Shown here piece by piece: positions 35,185-44,478 of a DNA stretch of 64,000 nucleotides (the first letter of the stretch is position 1; the number at the start of each line of letters is the position of its first letter). The notes beneath the pieces are model-generated. The model was not told where the DNA came from and did not search any database. It worked only from the letters and a program-made list of their open reading frames with translations. The DNA is from Alphaproteobacteria bacterium (GTDB taxonomy: Bacteria; Pseudomonadota; Alphaproteobacteria; UBA6615): positions 2,648,597 to 2,712,596 of the forward strand of contig OZ244931.1 of the NCBI GenBank assembly GCA_965222215.1, written 5' to 3'. Both the position numbers and the translations under genes were made by a program.

Positions 35185-36156
35185 ATGCCCGAGACTCATC
35201 ACACCAAAGTCCTGATCCTCGGCTCGGGCGCGGCCGGCTGCACTGCGGCGGTCTACGCCGCGCGTGCCAACCTGAAGCCGATCATGGTCCACGGCATGCA
35301 GCCGGGCGGGCAGCTCACCATCACCACCGACGTCGAGAACTATCCCGGCTTCGCCGAGCCGATCCAGGGCCCCTGGCTGATGGAGCAGATGATCGAGCAG
35401 GCGAAGAATGTCGGCACCGAGATCGTCGACGACCTGATCGTCGACGTGGATTTCTCCAAACAGCCATTCATGGCGACCGGAGACTCCGGCGACATCTACA
35501 CCGGCGATACAGTGATCGTGGCGACGGGCGCGTCGGCGAAGTGGCTCGGGCTCGAGAGCGAGCAGAAATTCTCCGGCTTCGGCGTCTCAGCGTGCGCAAC
35601 CTGCGACGGCTTCTTCTATCGCGAGAAGCCCGTGGCCGTGATCGGCGGCGGCAACACGGCGGTCGAGGAAGCGCTCTACCTCACGAACTTTGCGTCCAAG
35701 GTCACGCTGATCCACCGCCGCGACGAATTGCGCGCCGAAAAGATCATGCAGGACCGTTTGTTCCGGAACGAAAAAATCGAGGTGAAGTGGGACACCGTCC
35801 TCGACGAGGTCGTGGGCACCGAAAACCCGCCGGGCGTGACCGGCGCGAAGCTCAAGAATATCAAGACAGACGAGGCGGACGATCTCGAGGTCGACGGCGT
35901 ATTCATCGCCATAGGCCACGACCCGAATACAAAGGTGTTCCGAGACGTTCTGGACATGGACGACGAGGGTTATCTGATCACCGCGCCCGACAGCACGGCG
36001 ACCAACATTCCGGGCGTGTTCGCGGCGGGTGATGTGAAAGACAAGATCTATCGGCAGGCCGTGACCGCGGCCGGCATGGGTTGCATGGCGGCGCTGGAAG
36101 CGGAAAAGTTCATCGCCGAACGCGAAGACGAAGAAACCCGCGCCGCAGCGGAATAA
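35185..36156 (+). CDS. trxB: thioredoxin-disulfide reductase
   Basis: GGQLTITTDVENYPGF, SACATCDG, GGGNTA, HRRDELR, YRQAVTAAG. Confidence 0.98.
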   Translation: MPETHHTKVLILGSGAAGCTAAVYAARANLKPIMVHGMQPGGQLTITTDVENYPGFAEPIQGPWLMEQMIEQAKNVGTEIVDDLIVDVDFSKQPFMATGDSGDIYTGDTVIVATGASAKWLGLESEQKFSGFGVSACATCDGFFYREKPVAVIGGGNTAVEEALYLTNFASKVTLIHRRDELRAEKIMQDRLFRNEKIEVKWDTVLDEVVGTENPPGVTGAKLKNIKTDEADDLEVDGVFIAIGHDPNTKVFRDVLDMDDEGYLITAPDSTATNIPGVFAAGDVKDKIYRQAVTAAGMGCMAALEAEKFIAEREDEETRAAAE

Positions 36157-36201
36157 CGTGACGCGCGGACAACCGCGCCCAGCATCGGGGGACACGGCCT
36201 G

Positions 36202-37101
36202 ATGGCCATGGACTGGGACAAGCTCAGGATTTTTCACGCTGTCGCGGAAGCGGGCAGTTTCACCCACGCGGGTGAAACGCTGCACCTCAGCCAATCGGCC
36301 GTCAGCCGCCAGATCAGCTCGCTGGAAGACAGCCTGGGAGTCCGGCTGTTCCACCGGCATGCGCGCGGTCTGATTCTCACCGAACAGGGTGAACTCCTCT
36401 ACCGCACGGTCCACGATGTGTTCGCGAAGCTGACCATGGTCGAGGCCCGCCTCGGCGACTCCCATGAACAGCCGCAGGGTCCGTTGAAAATCGCGACCAC
36501 TGTCGGGCTTGGCTCGCTATGGCTGACCCCGCGAATCCGCGAATTCATCGAGCTCTATCCGGATATCGAGGTCACGCTGATCACGACCGACGAGGAACTC
36601 GATGTGTCGATGCGCGAAGCCGATTGCGCGATCCGTCTAACCCCGCCGACCCAGGGCGACCTGATCCAGCGGCGGCTCACGCGTGTGCACACCCACGTCT
36701 TCGCCTCGCCCGAGTACCTCAAAAGCCACGGCATGCCTGACAAGGTGCGTGACCTCGTCAATCACCACATCATCGCTTACGACGAAGACCACGCCATGGC
36801 GGCGCCCAACCTTAACTGGCTACTGAACGCCATCCGCGATGCGACGAACGAGGAACCGCACAAGGTGCTGACCCTCAACAACCTGTACGGGGTCTTCCGC
36901 GCTGTCGAAGCCGGTGTCGGTATGGCGGGCCTGCCGGACTTCCTTGCGCGCGAGGCGCGTAATCTCGTGCGCGTGCTGCCGGAACTCGAAGGGCCGGGCA
37001 ACGACGCCTTCTTCGTTTATCCCGAGGAGTTGCGGAACTCCCAGCGGATCGAGGTTTTCCGGGATTTTCTGCTGCGCAAGGTCGCCGAGACCCGGTTCTG
37101 A
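36202..37101 (+). CDS. vtlR: LysR-family regulator VtlR/LsrB
   Basis: MDWDKLRIFHAVAEAGSFTHAG...LFHRHARGLILTEQGE; directly downstream of trxB as in other alphaproteobacteria. Confidence 0.85.
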   Translation: MAMDWDKLRIFHAVAEAGSFTHAGETLHLSQSAVSRQISSLEDSLGVRLFHRHARGLILTEQGELLYRTVHDVFAKLTMVEARLGDSHEQPQGPLKIATTVGLGSLWLTPRIREFIELYPDIEVTLITTDEELDVSMREADCAIRLTPPTQGDLIQRRLTRVHTHVFASPEYLKSHGMPDKVRDLVNHHIIAYDEDHAMAAPNLNWLLNAIRDATNEEPHKVLTLNNLYGVFRAVEAGVGMAGLPDFLAREARNLVRVLPELEGPGNDAFFVYPEELRNSQRIEVFRDFLLRKVAETRF

Positions 37102-37146
37102 CCGTCTGGTTGAAATGCGGCGATTGCGTCGGTTCGATGACATGCC

Positions 37147-37161
37147 ATGCAATTATCACAT
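37147..37161. promoter_or_regulatory. LysR-type T-N11-A box upstream of the sRNA candidate
   Basis: ATGCAATTATCACAT (ATG-N9-CAT), about 60-70 nt upstream of the inferred start. Confidence 0.5.
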
Positions 37162-37217
37162 AGCTGATTAACGCTTTAGCGGACTGCACGTCGGACTTCG
37201 CAAACACTATCTATCAG

Positions 37218-37367
37218 TCATACACGGTGTTTACGTGCACCGCGCCGTCCCGGGCACCCTCCCATGCCCTGGACGGGTAGAGGCCGCCGAACACGGCCTC
37301 GGCGTCTCCCAAGACGCAAGCCTCCCTGTTCACCTGCCGGACCCCTCTCGGGTCCGGCTTTTATTTT
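37218..37367 (+). ncRNA. candidate trans-acting sRNA (AbcR-like position, anti-SD CU-rich loops)
   Basis: Five hairpins at 37225-42, 37245-76 (loop CCCTCCCA), 37280-300, 37302-17 (TCTCCCA) and terminator 37336-58 followed by TTTTATTTT; single-stranded CCTCCCTG; no credible CDS; 5' end approximate. Confidence 0.75.
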
Positions 37368-37397
37368 GGGGAATGAGTCGGAACGCCCGCAGGGTAC

Positions 37398-37424
37398 AAA
37401 AAAGGGCGGGTCGAAACCCGCCCT
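37398..37424 (-). terminator. intrinsic terminator of msrP
   Basis: Minus strand AGGGCGGGT-TTCG-ACCCGCCCT-TTTTT. Confidence 0.8.
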
Positions 37425-37449
37425 GCTTGATGTTCTCTTACACAAACGC

Positions 37450-38433
37450 CTACCGGAAGTAGACCTCCCCTGCATCTGCCGGGTACATGCCGGCCACGAA
37501 TTCCGCATAGCCGTTATACAGCTTTGTCGGCACCCGTTCGCTCTGTGAGCCGCCCAGCAGCCACTCGCTGGCCTGGCTCCAGCGGGGATGGGGAACCTCC
37601 GGGTTCACATTCGCCCAGAAACCGTACTCGGCCGGCTGAAGGCCTTCCCAGAACGTCTTGGGCTTCTCGTCCGTGAACGTGAACTGGATGATCGACTTGA
37701 TCGACTTGAAACCGTATTTCCACGGCGCGGCGAGGCGCAGCGGCGCGCCGTTCTGCTTCGGCATCGGTTTGCCGTAGAGGCCCGTCGCGATGAAGGCGAG
37801 TTCGTTGTTCGCCTCTTCCATGGTCAGGCCCTCGGTGTAAGGCCACGGGTACCAGAACTGGCGCAGGCCCGGCATCTCGGACTTGCTCTCCGCAATGGTC
37901 GCCATCTTGACGTACTTAGCGCCTGACATGGGCTTCGCCAACTTCACAAGTTCGCTCATCTGGAACCCGGACCACGGCACGGTCATCGCCCAGGCCTCGA
38001 CGCAGCGATGGCGGTAGACGCGTTCCTCAAGCTGCACATGCTTGAGCAGGTCGTCGAAGCCGATTTCGAACTCCTTCTCGACCATGCCGTCGATCTTGAT
38101 GTTCCAGGGCCGTATCTCGAGCTTCTGCGCGGCCTTGGATATCTGCTTGTGAGAACCGAACTCGTAGAAGTTGTTATAGGTGGTCGCCTCAACCTCTTCG
38201 GTCAGCGCGCGATCGACCGTGTAACGCTCGTTGCGCGGCACCGGATAGAGCCTCGCCGAGGGGTCGTCGTCGGTGGCCGCCATCGCCATCCCGGCCGGCA
38301 GGACACTTGCCGTGGCCGCGATCGCGGGCGCGATGCCGAGGGCCTTGACGATCTCCCGCCGGCGCAGAAAAACATCCTCCGGCGTGACGGCACTCTCAGG
38401 CAATTCCCAGCCACGTTTGACCTTCACCAGCAT
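37450..38433 (-). CDS. msrP: protein-methionine-sulfoxide reductase catalytic subunit (Mo, Tat-exported)
   Basis: TPEDVFLRRREIVK Tat leader, TYNNFYEFG, RHRCVEAW, QNGAPLRL, PWKYGFKSIK, YGFWANVNPEVPHPRWSQ. Confidence 0.95.
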   Translation of the reverse strand: MLVKVKRGWELPESAVTPEDVFLRRREIVKALGIAPAIAATASVLPAGMAMAATDDDPSARLYPVPRNERYTVDRALTEEVEATTYNNFYEFGSHKQISKAAQKLEIRPWNIKIDGMVEKEFEIGFDDLLKHVQLEERVYRHRCVEAWAMTVPWSGFQMSELVKLAKPMSGAKYVKMATIAESKSEMPGLRQFWYPWPYTEGLTMEEANNELAFIATGLYGKPMPKQNGAPLRLAAPWKYGFKSIKSIIQFTFTDEKPKTFWEGLQPAEYGFWANVNPEVPHPRWSQASEWLLGGSQSERVPTKLYNGYAEFVAGMYPADAGEVYFR

Positions 38434-38557
38434 GCTGACCTCCGTTCGTCGATGCGTGCCCCATAGGGTGGGCACGCGCGCGCGCGAACACAAGTCACAG
38501 CTCGTTGAAACTATTGCGACGGAATAGTTTTTTGCCTGCGGTGTTGTACGAACGCGG

Positions 38558-39769
38558 TCAGGTGGTCTGCGGCGTCAGCAGACGTTCCACCGGCTCGTCG
38601 CGGATGGGCCAGTGCAGCGCCGCCGCCAAAAGCCCCAACAGGATCGACGTGTACCAGACCGCGTTGTAGTCACCGGTCACGTCGAAATTCAGCCCGCCGA
38701 GCCACGACCCGAGGAACGCGCCGATCTGGTGACTGAAGAACACCACACCGAACAACATGCCCAGATGCCGCGCGCCGAAGATCTGCGCGACGACGCCGCT
38801 GGTCAGCGGCACCGTCGACAGCCACAACAGGCCGAAGACCCCGGAGAAGATGTAGATCGTCAGCTCGGTCTTCGGCATCAACATCAGCCACGCGATCAAC
38901 GCCGCGCGGGCGAGATAAATGAGGCTTAGCAGGTTTTTCTGGCGAAACCGGTTGCTGAGAACGCCCGCCATGTAGGTGCCGAGGATATTTCCGCCGCCGA
39001 TAGCGAATAGCGCCCAGCCGCCAACCGTGGCGGCCAGCCCGCACCAGGCGACAAACCCGGGCAAGTGAGTCCCGATAAAAGTGACGTGGAAGCCGCACAC
39101 GAAGAACCCGGCAACAAGAAGCAGATAGCCCCGGTTATGCCGGGCTTCCCGCAGTGCCTGGATCCAGTTCTGCGGGGCGACTCCGGCCTCGTCCTCGGAT
39201 TTTCCGCGGATCAGCGTGCCCAGCGGGATCATCAAGGCGACGACGACAGCCGTCGCAAGCAGCGAGAAATGCCATCCATAGTCGCCAATGACGACCTGGG
39301 TCACCTTGGGCAGCAGGAACGGGCCGAGCGCGCCGATCGTGCTGACGATGGCCATGGCATAGGTGCGCCGCTCCGGCACGACCATGCGCGCCACCGCGCC
39401 GTAGACGACAGACATACCCACGCCGCTCATGCCGATCCCGATCAGGACGCCCCCGCTGACAAGCAGTTCCGTCGGCGTCACCGCACTCGCCATCCCGAGA
39501 ACGCCGAGCGTGTAACATATCGCCCCGCCCATGATGACCTTGCCGGACCCGTAACGGTCCGCCAGCCCGCCGATGAAAGGCTGGGTCGCACCCCAGACCA
39601 GATTCTGGATCGCCATGGCGAGTCCGAACAGCTCGCGGCTCCAGCCCAGGTCGACAGTCATGGGCACGAGGAAGAACCCGAAGCCCTGTCGCACGCCGAG
39701 CACGACAGCGAGCAATGCGGCGCCCGCGCCCATCACAACGATCTGTTTGCGGCTAAGAACCTGTCCCAT
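38558..39769 (-). CDS. MFS transporter
   Basis: About 12 TM; GGLADRYG motif A; GFFVCGFH. Confidence 0.92.
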   Translation of the reverse strand: MGQVLSRKQIVVMGAGAALLAVVLGVRQGFGFFLVPMTVDLGWSRELFGLAMAIQNLVWGATQPFIGGLADRYGSGKVIMGGAICYTLGVLGMASAVTPTELLVSGGVLIGIGMSGVGMSVVYGAVARMVVPERRTYAMAIVSTIGALGPFLLPKVTQVVIGDYGWHFSLLATAVVVALMIPLGTLIRGKSEDEAGVAPQNWIQALREARHNRGYLLLVAGFFVCGFHVTFIGTHLPGFVAWCGLAATVGGWALFAIGGGNILGTYMAGVLSNRFRQKNLLSLIYLARAALIAWLMLMPKTELTIYIFSGVFGLLWLSTVPLTSGVVAQIFGARHLGMLFGVVFFSHQIGAFLGSWLGGLNFDVTGDYNAVWYTSILLGLLAAALHWPIRDEPVERLLTPQTT

Positions 39770-39884
39770 GGAAACCCCTTCGGCTGCGGTTCGCGGAGTA
39801 TGCGCGCCCCATACCGGTTTGGGTAGCACAGGCGACATCAATCGCGGCAGAATTGACCGCCGCCACTACCAGAATGGAAGTATC

Positions 39885-40859
39885 ATGGCCAAAACCGTTC
39901 GCATCCACGAATTCGGCGGGCTCGACAAGCTTCGCATCGAAGATATCGATCCCGGCACGCCGGGCCCAGGTGAGGTCCTGCTGCGGCAGGAGGCGGCCGG
40001 CGTCCATTTCGCCGACACGCTGGTGCGCGAGGGCAAATACTTCCTGAAGCCCGACCTGCCCTCGGGCCTCGGGCTGGAAGGCGCCGGGATGGTGGAAGCC
40101 GTCGGGCCGGACGTCACGGCCTTTGCGCCCGGCGACCGTGCCGCCTACCGCTTCAACCTCGGCGCCTACACGGAAGCCCGCCTGATCCCGGCGGACCAGC
40201 TCCACAAGCTGCCCGACAACGTCGACGCAAAAACTGCCGTCGCGGGCACGGTGCGCGGGATGACGGCGCAATATCTCGTGCGGCAGATCTATCAGGTGGG
40301 GGCCGACGACACCGTCCTCATCCATGCGGCGGCAGGCGGCATGGGCACGCTGTTGACGCAATGGTGCAAGTACCTCGGGGCGACAGTGATCGGCACCGTC
40401 GGCAGTGCCCCGAAAGTCGAGATCGCGACGGCAAACGGCTGCGACCATGTCATCGACTACACGCAGGAGGATTTCGCCGCGCGTGTCCTGGAAATCTCCG
40501 GGGACGCGGGTATCCCGGTCGCCTACGACGGCGTCGGCGCGGCAGTCTACGCGGGCACCGTCGAATGCCTCGCGCCGTGCGGCTGGTACGTCAACTACGG
40601 CCACTCGTCGGGCTTCCTGCCGCCCCTCGACGCGATGGAACTGAACAAGAAGTCGCTGATCTTCACCAAGGCGTCGCTCAAGGATTACATGCGCACCCCC
40701 GAACGCGCCCGGGTCATGCTCGACGAGGTCTTCGAACTGCTGGGTAACGGTGTGCTCGACCCGGGCATCAGCCGGGAATACACGCTCGACGAAGTCGCCG
40801 ACGCCCAGCGCGCCATCGCCTCCCGGGAGACGACCGGCTCCATCGTCCTCGTGCCCTAG
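39885..40859 (+). CDS. NADPH:quinone oxidoreductase (zeta-crystallin/Qor family)
   Basis: LGLEGAG, IHAAAGGMG, YDGVG, TTGSIVL. Confidence 0.9.
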   Translation: MAKTVRIHEFGGLDKLRIEDIDPGTPGPGEVLLRQEAAGVHFADTLVREGKYFLKPDLPSGLGLEGAGMVEAVGPDVTAFAPGDRAAYRFNLGAYTEARLIPADQLHKLPDNVDAKTAVAGTVRGMTAQYLVRQIYQVGADDTVLIHAAAGGMGTLLTQWCKYLGATVIGTVGSAPKVEIATANGCDHVIDYTQEDFAARVLEISGDAGIPVAYDGVGAAVYAGTVECLAPCGWYVNYGHSSGFLPPLDAMELNKKSLIFTKASLKDYMRTPERARVMLDEVFELLGNGVLDPGISREYTLDEVADAQRAIASRETTGSIVLVP

Positions 40860-40868
40860 AACGCCCTT

Positions 40869-41417
40869 CTAGAGTTCGCGGCCGCGCACGGTCTCTTCGA
40901 GGGATTCGATCAGCGCCGGTAGGCCCGGCAGGAACGGGTGGATGTCCAGCGCGTCCCGAAACGCCGCGATCGCGGCTTCCCCGTTGCCGCGCAGCAGCTC
41001 GATCTGGCCAAGGCCGCTCAGCGCGCCGAAGTGGCGCGGTTCCAGTTCCAGCGTGCGGTCGACATCCTCGACGGATTTCTCAAGGTCGCCCTTCAGGAAA
41101 TACACCGTCGCCCGTTTGTTCCAGGCCTCGGAATAGTCCGGCGCCTCCTCCACCAACTCGGTGAACAGATCCACGGCCAGGTCCAGCCGACCCTCGTTCA
41201 TCGCCCGGGTACCATCGCGCATCATGGTGTCGAACGCGGGGTTATCGTGTTGCATCCAGGCGAGCCAGATCAGGTTTTCCGCCGCGTGGACCTCGGCGGG
41301 TGCGCCGCTGGTCTTCAGGATGTCGAACAGACTGTCCAGGTTCGGGTCGTTCTGGTCGGCGGATGCGGGGGTCGCAACGCCGAACACAAGGATCATGGCT
41401 GCCAGGAAACTGCGCAT
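40869..41417 (-). CDS. exported tetratricopeptide repeat protein
   Basis: Signal peptide; PDYSEAWNKRATVYF, LELEPRHFGALSGLG. Confidence 0.88.
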   Translation of the reverse strand: MRSFLAAMILVFGVATPASADQNDPNLDSLFDILKTSGAPAEVHAAENLIWLAWMQHDNPAFDTMMRDGTRAMNEGRLDLAVDLFTELVEEAPDYSEAWNKRATVYFLKGDLEKSVEDVDRTLELEPRHFGALSGLGQIELLRGNGEAAIAAFRDALDIHPFLPGLPALIESLEETVRGREL

Positions 41418-41559
41418 GGGTGAATTATGTGCCGCCACGCCGGCGCATCCAAGACCTCGAATTATGGGGCACGAAGATGTGACGCATCCATGTTGAAGAC
41501 CTTGTCTGCGTGATGCGGCCCGTTAAGGTGCGCCAACCCTATTTCGCAACGGACGTCTC

Positions 41560-41976
41560 ATGAGCATTCAACCCGAAGACCTGATCGGTGCCTGGCACCT
41601 CGTCGACACCTGGACCGAGGACGCCGAGGGCAACCGCACCCAGCACCAGGGCCCCGCGCCGAAGGGCATCATCATGTACACCGCCGACGGCCATATGAGC
41701 GCGATTACACGGTGGTCCGAACGCCCGTTCCCCGGATCCGGCGCGACGGACGCCGACAAGGCCCGGATGTTCGACACGTATCTGAGCTACGCCGGGCGCT
41801 GGTCTCTGGAGGGGAACAAGGTGATCCACCACACCGAACACGCGCTGAACGAGACCTGGGTCGGCATGGACCGGCCGCGCAACATCGAACGGCGCGGCGA
41901 GCAGCTCGTCTTCACCGGCCCCGCCGGCGACGGCAGCCACGCCACCATCATCTGGCAACGCGAGCGGGCCGACTAA
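41560..41976 (+). CDS. lipocalin-like domain protein
   Basis: LIGAWHLV, GIIMYTADGHMSA, YLSYAGRW. Confidence 0.85.
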   Translation: MSIQPEDLIGAWHLVDTWTEDAEGNRTQHQGPAPKGIIMYTADGHMSAITRWSERPFPGSGATDADKARMFDTYLSYAGRWSLEGNKVIHHTEHALNETWVGMDRPRNIERRGEQLVFTGPAGDGSHATIIWQRERAD

Positions 41977-41979
41977 TCC

Positions 41980-43272
41980 CTAGTTGAGCTTCGCGGGCTT
42001 CGGCCCGCCGGTCGCCCAGTCAAGCAACTCGACAGTGTGCACCACCGGCACGCCCACGGCATCGGCGAGCTGGGTCATGCAACCGACATTGCCCGTCGCC
42101 ACCACGTCGGGCGTGGTGCGGGCGATATTCGCCGCCTTGCGGTCGCGCAGTTGCGAGGCGAGTTCCGGCTGCATGATGTTGTAGGTGCCCGCCGAACCGC
42201 AGCACAAATGCCCCTCGCCCGGCTCGCTGACCGCGAAACCGGCCGCCGAAAGAAGCGCCTTCGGCTCGGTCCTGATCTGCTGGCCGTGCTGCAACGAACA
42301 TGCCGAGTGATAGGTCAAACGCAGCGATGCGGCATCCTCGAACGGCGCAATATCCGGCGCCAGTTCGCTCAGGTATTCCGAGACATCCCTGGCCAGCGCC
42401 GACACCCGCGCCGCCTTCTCGACATAGAGCGGGTGGTCGCGGAACATGAAGCCGTAATCCTTGATCTGCGTGCCGCAGCCGCTGGTGTTGATGACAATCG
42501 CATCAAGCCCTTCGCCGTCCGCTTCGCCCAGCCACGCGTCGATGTTCGCCATGGCCTGCGCATGGCTCTGGTCGACCTTGCCCATGTGATGCACGAGCGA
42601 GCCGCAACAGCCCGCGCCGTCCGCCACTACCACCTCGACCCCGAGACGGGTCAGCAGGCGCACCGTCGCTTCGTTGATCTGCGGCGCAACCACCGTCTGC
42701 GCGCAACCGTTGAGCAGCGCGACGCGCCCCACCCGCACGCCCTCGGCAGTAAACACCTGCGGCTTGTCGACGTGCGACGGCGGGCCGAGATCGGTGGGCG
42801 CCAGGTCGAGCATGGCGCGGAGCCGCCCCCGGAACAGGCCCCGAAAAGGCCGGGCCATTAGCGCGGCCGCCAGCACGGTGCGGAAGCGCATCGGATAGGG
42901 GATGGTGGCCGCCAGCACGCCGCGCAACACCCGATCGAACAGCGGCCGGGTGTAGGTCTCCTCGATATGCTTGCGGCCATGGTCCACCAGGTGTTGGTAG
43001 TGAACGCCCGACGGACAGGTCGTCATGCAGGACAGGCAGGACAGGCAGCGGTCGATGTGGGTCACGACCTCTTCCGTGGCCGGAACATCGGCCTCGAACA
43101 TCTGCTTCATCAGGTAGATGCGCCCGCGCGGGCTGTCGAGCTCGTCGCCGAGCGTGACGTAGGTCGGGCAGGTCGCTGTGCAGAACCCGCAATGGACGCA
43201 GGCGCGCAGGATATCGTTGGTCGCCGCGATATCCGGGTCGGCCAGCTGCGCGAGGGTGAAATGGGTTTGCAT
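41980..43272 (-). CDS. glcF: glycolate oxidase iron-sulfur subunit
   Basis: CVHCGFCTATCPT, CLSCLSCMTTCP, CCG domains. Confidence 0.96.
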   Translation of the reverse strand: MQTHFTLAQLADPDIAATNDILRACVHCGFCTATCPTYVTLGDELDSPRGRIYLMKQMFEADVPATEEVVTHIDRCLSCLSCMTTCPSGVHYQHLVDHGRKHIEETYTRPLFDRVLRGVLAATIPYPMRFRTVLAAALMARPFRGLFRGRLRAMLDLAPTDLGPPSHVDKPQVFTAEGVRVGRVALLNGCAQTVVAPQINEATVRLLTRLGVEVVVADGAGCCGSLVHHMGKVDQSHAQAMANIDAWLGEADGEGLDAIVINTSGCGTQIKDYGFMFRDHPLYVEKAARVSALARDVSEYLSELAPDIAPFEDAASLRLTYHSACSLQHGQQIRTEPKALLSAAGFAVSEPGEGHLCCGSAGTYNIMQPELASQLRDRKAANIARTTPDVVATGNVGCMTQLADAVGVPVVHTVELLDWATGGPKPAKLN

Positions 43273-43275
43273 CGC

Positions 43276-44469
43276 CTAGACCCCCTCGTACATGCGGCCG
43301 GGATTGAGGATGTGGCGCGGATCGAAGCTTTCCTTCACCCGGGCCGACAAAGCAGCCAGCGCCGCCGGCTGCGGCTCGAAGACCGGCACGGACCTGCGCA
43401 TGTCGTCGCGCCCGCGCACGAGCGTCGCGTGCCCGCCGCCGTTGTCGCGCACCGCCAGGCGCACCGCTTCCGCATCCTCGCTCTCGAACCAGAGCATACC
43501 CCCGCCCCAGTCAAACATGGCGGCCTCCCCCCCGGCGGCAGCGGCGATCTTCGCCGCCTCGGTCGGCGTGGCGGAAACTCGCCACAGGGCCGTATCCCCG
43601 CCCGCAAACGGCGCGACGTCGCGCACGGCCTGCCAGAACGCGACCGAGCCATTGGATTCCAGCGTTGTCGTGGCGCCGAACGAACCGAGCAATTCCTGCA
43701 GTGCCAGCGAGCGCGCCGAAACCGACGGGGCAAACCCCTCGATCCGGATCGCCGTCACGCCGCCTTCAGCGCTCGGCACGGATTCGGACAACCACGTCGG
43801 AATATGCGCCGCGCCAGATACCTCATGGCTCGAATTCTGGGCCGCCGTCATCGCGCGCACCGCCTCGGCGGGGTCCAATCCCGGAATCAGGACGGTCGCG
43901 GTGGTTTCAGGCGCCGGCAGTACCTTGATGGTGATGTGCGTGAGCGCGGCGAGCGTGCCGAACGATCCCGTCAGCAATTTGGATAGGTCATACCCGGTCA
44001 CGTTTTTTACGACCCGGCCGCCACTCTTCACGATCTCGCCGCGCCCGGTGATCGCCTCGATACCGAGGATATGGTCGCGCGCCGCACCCGCCTTGATCCG
44101 GCGCGGCCCCGCCAGGTTGCATGCGATCATGCCGCCGAGGGTGCCGCCGTCGTTTCCGTAGATTCCGGCAAAGGCCGGCGGCTCGAACGCCATCATCTGG
44201 CCCTTCTCCGCCACGGCCGCCTCGATCTCGGATAACGGCGTACCCGCCCAGGCAGAGAGGACCAGTTCCTCCGGCTCGTAAAGCGTGATCCCACTCAACC
44301 CCGAGAGGTCGATCGCGTGCCCGATAGTGCGGTTGCCGTCACCCATGGGGCGGCCGAAGCCTCGCTTGGTGCCGGTGCCGACGATCTCGACCGGCGTCTC
44401 TTCGCCGCTCGCCCACGCAACGGCCTCGAGCACCTGCTCTGTCGTGTCAGGTTTAAGGGTTTCAACCAT
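43276..44469 (-). CDS. glcE: glycolate oxidase FAD-binding subunit
   Basis: YEPEELV, GGRVVKNVTGYDLSKL, FDPRHILNPGR. Confidence 0.95.
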   Translation of the reverse strand: MVETLKPDTTEQVLEAVAWASGEETPVEIVGTGTKRGFGRPMGDGNRTIGHAIDLSGLSGITLYEPEELVLSAWAGTPLSEIEAAVAEKGQMMAFEPPAFAGIYGNDGGTLGGMIACNLAGPRRIKAGAARDHILGIEAITGRGEIVKSGGRVVKNVTGYDLSKLLTGSFGTLAALTHITIKVLPAPETTATVLIPGLDPAEAVRAMTAAQNSSHEVSGAAHIPTWLSESVPSAEGGVTAIRIEGFAPSVSARSLALQELLGSFGATTTLESNGSVAFWQAVRDVAPFAGGDTALWRVSATPTEAAKIAAAAGGEAAMFDWGGGMLWFESEDAEAVRLAVRDNGGGHATLVRGRDDMRRSVPVFEPQPAALAALSARVKESFDPRHILNPGRMYEGV

Positions 44470-44478
44470 CGAACGTAT

